A DNA stretch of 23,100 bases from the NCBI GenBank assembly GCA_024626585.2, contig JANKJI020000002.1:258238130-258261229 (forward strand). The letters are read 5' to 3'. This document shows, piece by piece, positions 19,844-23,100 of this stretch; positions within the stretch are counted from its first letter, which is position 1, and each line of letters opens with the position of its first letter. The stretch is from Ginkgo biloba (Eukaryota > Plantae > Ginkgophyta). The position numbers and the translations under genes were made by a program. Under the pieces are notes generated by a model. That model had not been told where the DNA came from. It worked only from the letters and a program-made list of their open reading frames with translations, and made no database searches.

Positions 19844-21481
19844 TGTCTTAGTGATCACATGTAATATTCAAGTGATTAGTCATTGGATGTTAATGACAAG
19901 TCAATTAGATGTTATGACAGTTAGTTGGCAGTTGGGCATGTTAACCGTCTACCCAATTTTTGACTTAAAGCACTTGTCCTTGACTTGTATTGCATGAGAG
20001 CCTACTAAGAATTCAAATTATGTGAGAGGCAGTTTGGAATCTGTCTGTGTGATAACAATGATGGAAATGTCTTGCCCTCTATCCCGTGTTCTCATGTGCA
20101 GTGATTGATCACGTGTGGTTATGTGTGAATGATTGCTTATGTAATCTGGATGATTTTGTATAGGACTTGGGAACAGGATTTTGGCCTAGTCGGATTGTGA
20201 CCAACACATTTACATATCTGTTACAAGTGATTTTGCTTGTTCACTGAGCTTTCAAGGTTTTAAATGTGAGAAAGGGTCGTGATCTTTGTCCTAGGGTTAT
20301 AGGTTTGATCAGATAGATAGAGATCTGCATCCAGTTATTTCTAATTACCCAAGAAGCCTACAGATCTGGTACATTGGGACTTTGTTTGCTCACCAAGTTT
20401 TGATCTGATTGGATGAGATAGCATAGGGTAATCAAAGTGCTATCACAGCAAGTATAAATGGAAGATGAGTCAAAATGGGGATTCTTCCAGACAGGATAAG
20501 ATCTGATTATTAGCAGCACAGAGTTGAGCACACTAGTCTGACTTTGTTCTTGCAGGCCTGAAAGGAGGCTATTTAAACTCGAAAAGAACTTAATCATCAG
20601 ATCTGAATCTCAAAGAAACAAATCTATTTCTTTCAGGTACAGATCTGAACCATAAGAGCTCCATACAGGTCTTGAACTATTGAAGACATTGGGAATAGTG
20701 ATGCCAAATGTTTGGGAAGAAATCCAACACACATTGTATAAAGTGACCAACCCAACCCTATAAAGGCCAAACAGAGAGCCTTCCTCTCTGTAATCTATAG
20801 TTTCCTCTTGTCAGCTTGCAATCAATTATTTTACTAGCTATGCAATTAGAAATGGAAGAAGACCCTCATGAGCTTCAATAGTTACATTGACATCCTAGAC
20901 CAATTTTGGACTGCCTTCTGCAAGGAATAATGGGAATCTGGTACAAACAAATTTAATCTGCAAAGAGAAATCTTGCTCCCTCTAAGGAAGAAGTAGACAA
21001 CCTCATCTGGAAGGATTTCAAATTCCTGGGTAGGGAAGCAGAACCCAATGTTTCTCAGCACCATCAATGAGAAAACTATCAGGTTCAAGGACCCCATTAG
21101 GAAAGAGTCAAAACTTGGTGAATTTATTATAGATTTCACCATGTTGAGCTATGAAAAATAAGAATGTATCCCCAATCAAGAAAAATTAGTGGTGTAGACT
21201 AGGTCCCAATCTACTAAAGATAAATCTAAGAATACCCAAGACTGATGATCTCCTCATCAATAACCTTTCTAAAATTAGGCTTAGCTAAATATAAGCGATA
21301 CTCCACGAGGAAATACATCTTATAGGATGCCTTTAAGGGGAGATTATTCCTTTAATAAGGATTTATTTCTTTTAGATTATGATATCTTAAGAGATTTGTG
21401 AAAATATTTGGCTGGAATGAGCCTTTATCAAGCCATGAATCTACCATAGTAGAAGGAGTGAATGATGGAGGTATTACAAGA
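19844..21481 (+). mobile_element. Decayed LTR-retrotransposon-like sequence
   Basis: LTR-like gttagttggcagttg region followed by stop-riddled coding-like frames. No diagnostic domain recognised. Confidence 0.3.
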
Positions 21482-22439
21482 NNNNNNNNNNNNNNNNNNN
21501 NNNNNNNNNNNNNNNNNNNNNNNNNNNNNNNNNNNNNNNNNNNNNNNNTTAAAAAAAAAATTCCCCCTTTTTATATATCTTTAAATATGTATAACTTTAT
21601 TCTATGAAATTGCATTTTGGATATAGGAGCGACTCATAATATAATTCCATAAGTAGTCATGAAGGTCTTGGGATTGCAATGTATTTACACAACATAAGTA
21701 GTGAGAGGGATGAATTAAAAAATTATATCTATAGTGGGTGAAATCAAACACTTGGTTGTGAACATGGTTGTANNNNNNNNNNNNNNNNNNNNNNNNNNNN
21801 NNNNNNNNNNNNNNNNNNNNNNNNNNNNNNNNNNNNNNNNNNNNNNNNNNNNNNNNNNNNNNNNNNNNNNNNNNNNNNNNNNNNNNNNNNNNNNNNNNNN
21901 NNNNNNNNNNNNNNNNNNNNNNNNNNNNNNNNNNNNNNNNNNNNNNNNNNNNNNNNNNNNNNNNNNNNNNNNNNNNNNNNNNNNNNNNNNNNNNNNNNNN
22001 NNNNTGGTCCCCTCAAATCCAGATTCAAAGGTTCCAACTCCAAAGGCAAAAGGGTATTAACTGCTTGATGCCTAAGCCCAAATTCGAGATTGTTAAACAT
22101 ATGCTAACCGGCCAGATAAAGAAAGCAAAATCTTCATGTAAATCTAGTCAAAATGATCCACGCAAAGAATCTTTCGAAGTCAAGTCCAAATTGGTACAAC
22201 GGAAAAAAGGGAAAAAACATGTGCTCAAGACGAAATAGAGAAGCCAAATGTTGTAAANNNNNNNNNNNNNNNNNNNNNNNNNNNNNNNNNNNNNNNNNNN
22301 NNNNNNNNNNNNNNNNNNNNNNNNNNNNNNNNNNNNNNNNNNCTTCCACAATAGTGGATTTATTGGATCATCAGAGGAACCTGAGGGGTTGTTGACTGAG
22401 GTTTCACAAGGTGGTAAATTTGTCATATATATGTACATT

Positions 22440-23100
22440 CTTTATCTATATTTTTATTCATACGCCCAGGGTTGGGGTGGCTTGTCCCACCCGCTCACAT
22501 TATTTAGTGGCTTGTCCTTCGTGCTTGGCAGGTCTCGACTCGCTCCAGAGACTCCGAGCCTAAGAGGTTATCAGACTATGCTTTCATCTCCTCATGCCCC
22601 TTCATCTAAAATTGAAAAAACCATTTGAAAATCATTTAAAAACCATTTAAAAGGCCTTTTTATCGCTTTAGCCCCTTTTCCGGATAGCCTGGGGTCATTT
22701 GGCAGGTGGCATGTCACCGAGTGGATTTGCTCTTTCCAATTTTCTTGGAAATTCCAACGAACTCTTCGTTGGAGCAGTTTGGAATTTTGGAAATACAAAA
22801 GGAGGCTACCTTGGCCTCCCTAATGTTTGGAGATCATTCGAAGGATCATTGGGAGGAGAATATGGATGGAGGGAGAAGGAATTTGAGAGGAAAAGCTTGA
22901 GAACAACCTTCCATTATAGAGAAAATAATCATGAGACTTAGTTCTTCTATGCTTTGCCTATCTCAGAGGTACAACCATGTTCTTCTCTAATTAGTGAAGC
23001 AATATTTCATGATTATTCATTAGCATTATACAATTTTTGCAACTATAGTTCTCATGCCTCATCCTTTAGTAAAGATTGAATCAAATTACTCTTCATTTTC
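22440..23100. mobile_element. LTR-like repeat, continuing beyond the window
   Basis: Short internal repeats (gtggcttgtcc x2, catttraaaa x3) and a purine-rich block followed by ttctatgctttg, a composition typical of plant Gypsy LTRs. Ends not defined. Confidence 0.3.

Noticed and set aside
1014-22395. Many ORF-track entries containing long X runs
   Set aside because: They are open only because N gaps contain no stop codons.
22343-22438. SSDDPINPLL segment as the gene's first coding exon
   Set aside because: No phase-1 donor to match the 19413 exon, it lies among repeats, and it runs into a gap.

Overview
AT-rich, gap-riddled eukaryotic genomic DNA from a large-genome land plant (gymnosperm-like repeats; taxon is an inference). 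It contains one multi-exon protein-coding gene on the minus strand (about 5002-19413, first coding exon not found). The N-terminal D/F-rich motifs and C-terminal '[31 protein letters not shown]' block match my recollection of the uncharacterised plant At4g18490-like family. Seven exons can be placed with good splice signals and largely consistent phases. The last intron is a clear U12-type AT-AC intron (5058-5150), and the intron after the large exon probably has a GC donor. The introns and flanks are filled with decayed retroelements: a Gypsy/Tat-like LTR with a tRNA-Arg-type PBS, probable solo LTRs, a LINE reverse-transcriptase relic and several ~21-bp CpG-rich tandem arrays. Eight 100-N scaffold gaps and several small gaps limit the gene model. 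I find no evidence of a prokaryote-style novel system. The most notable biology is the non-canonical splicing of this uncharacterised gene.
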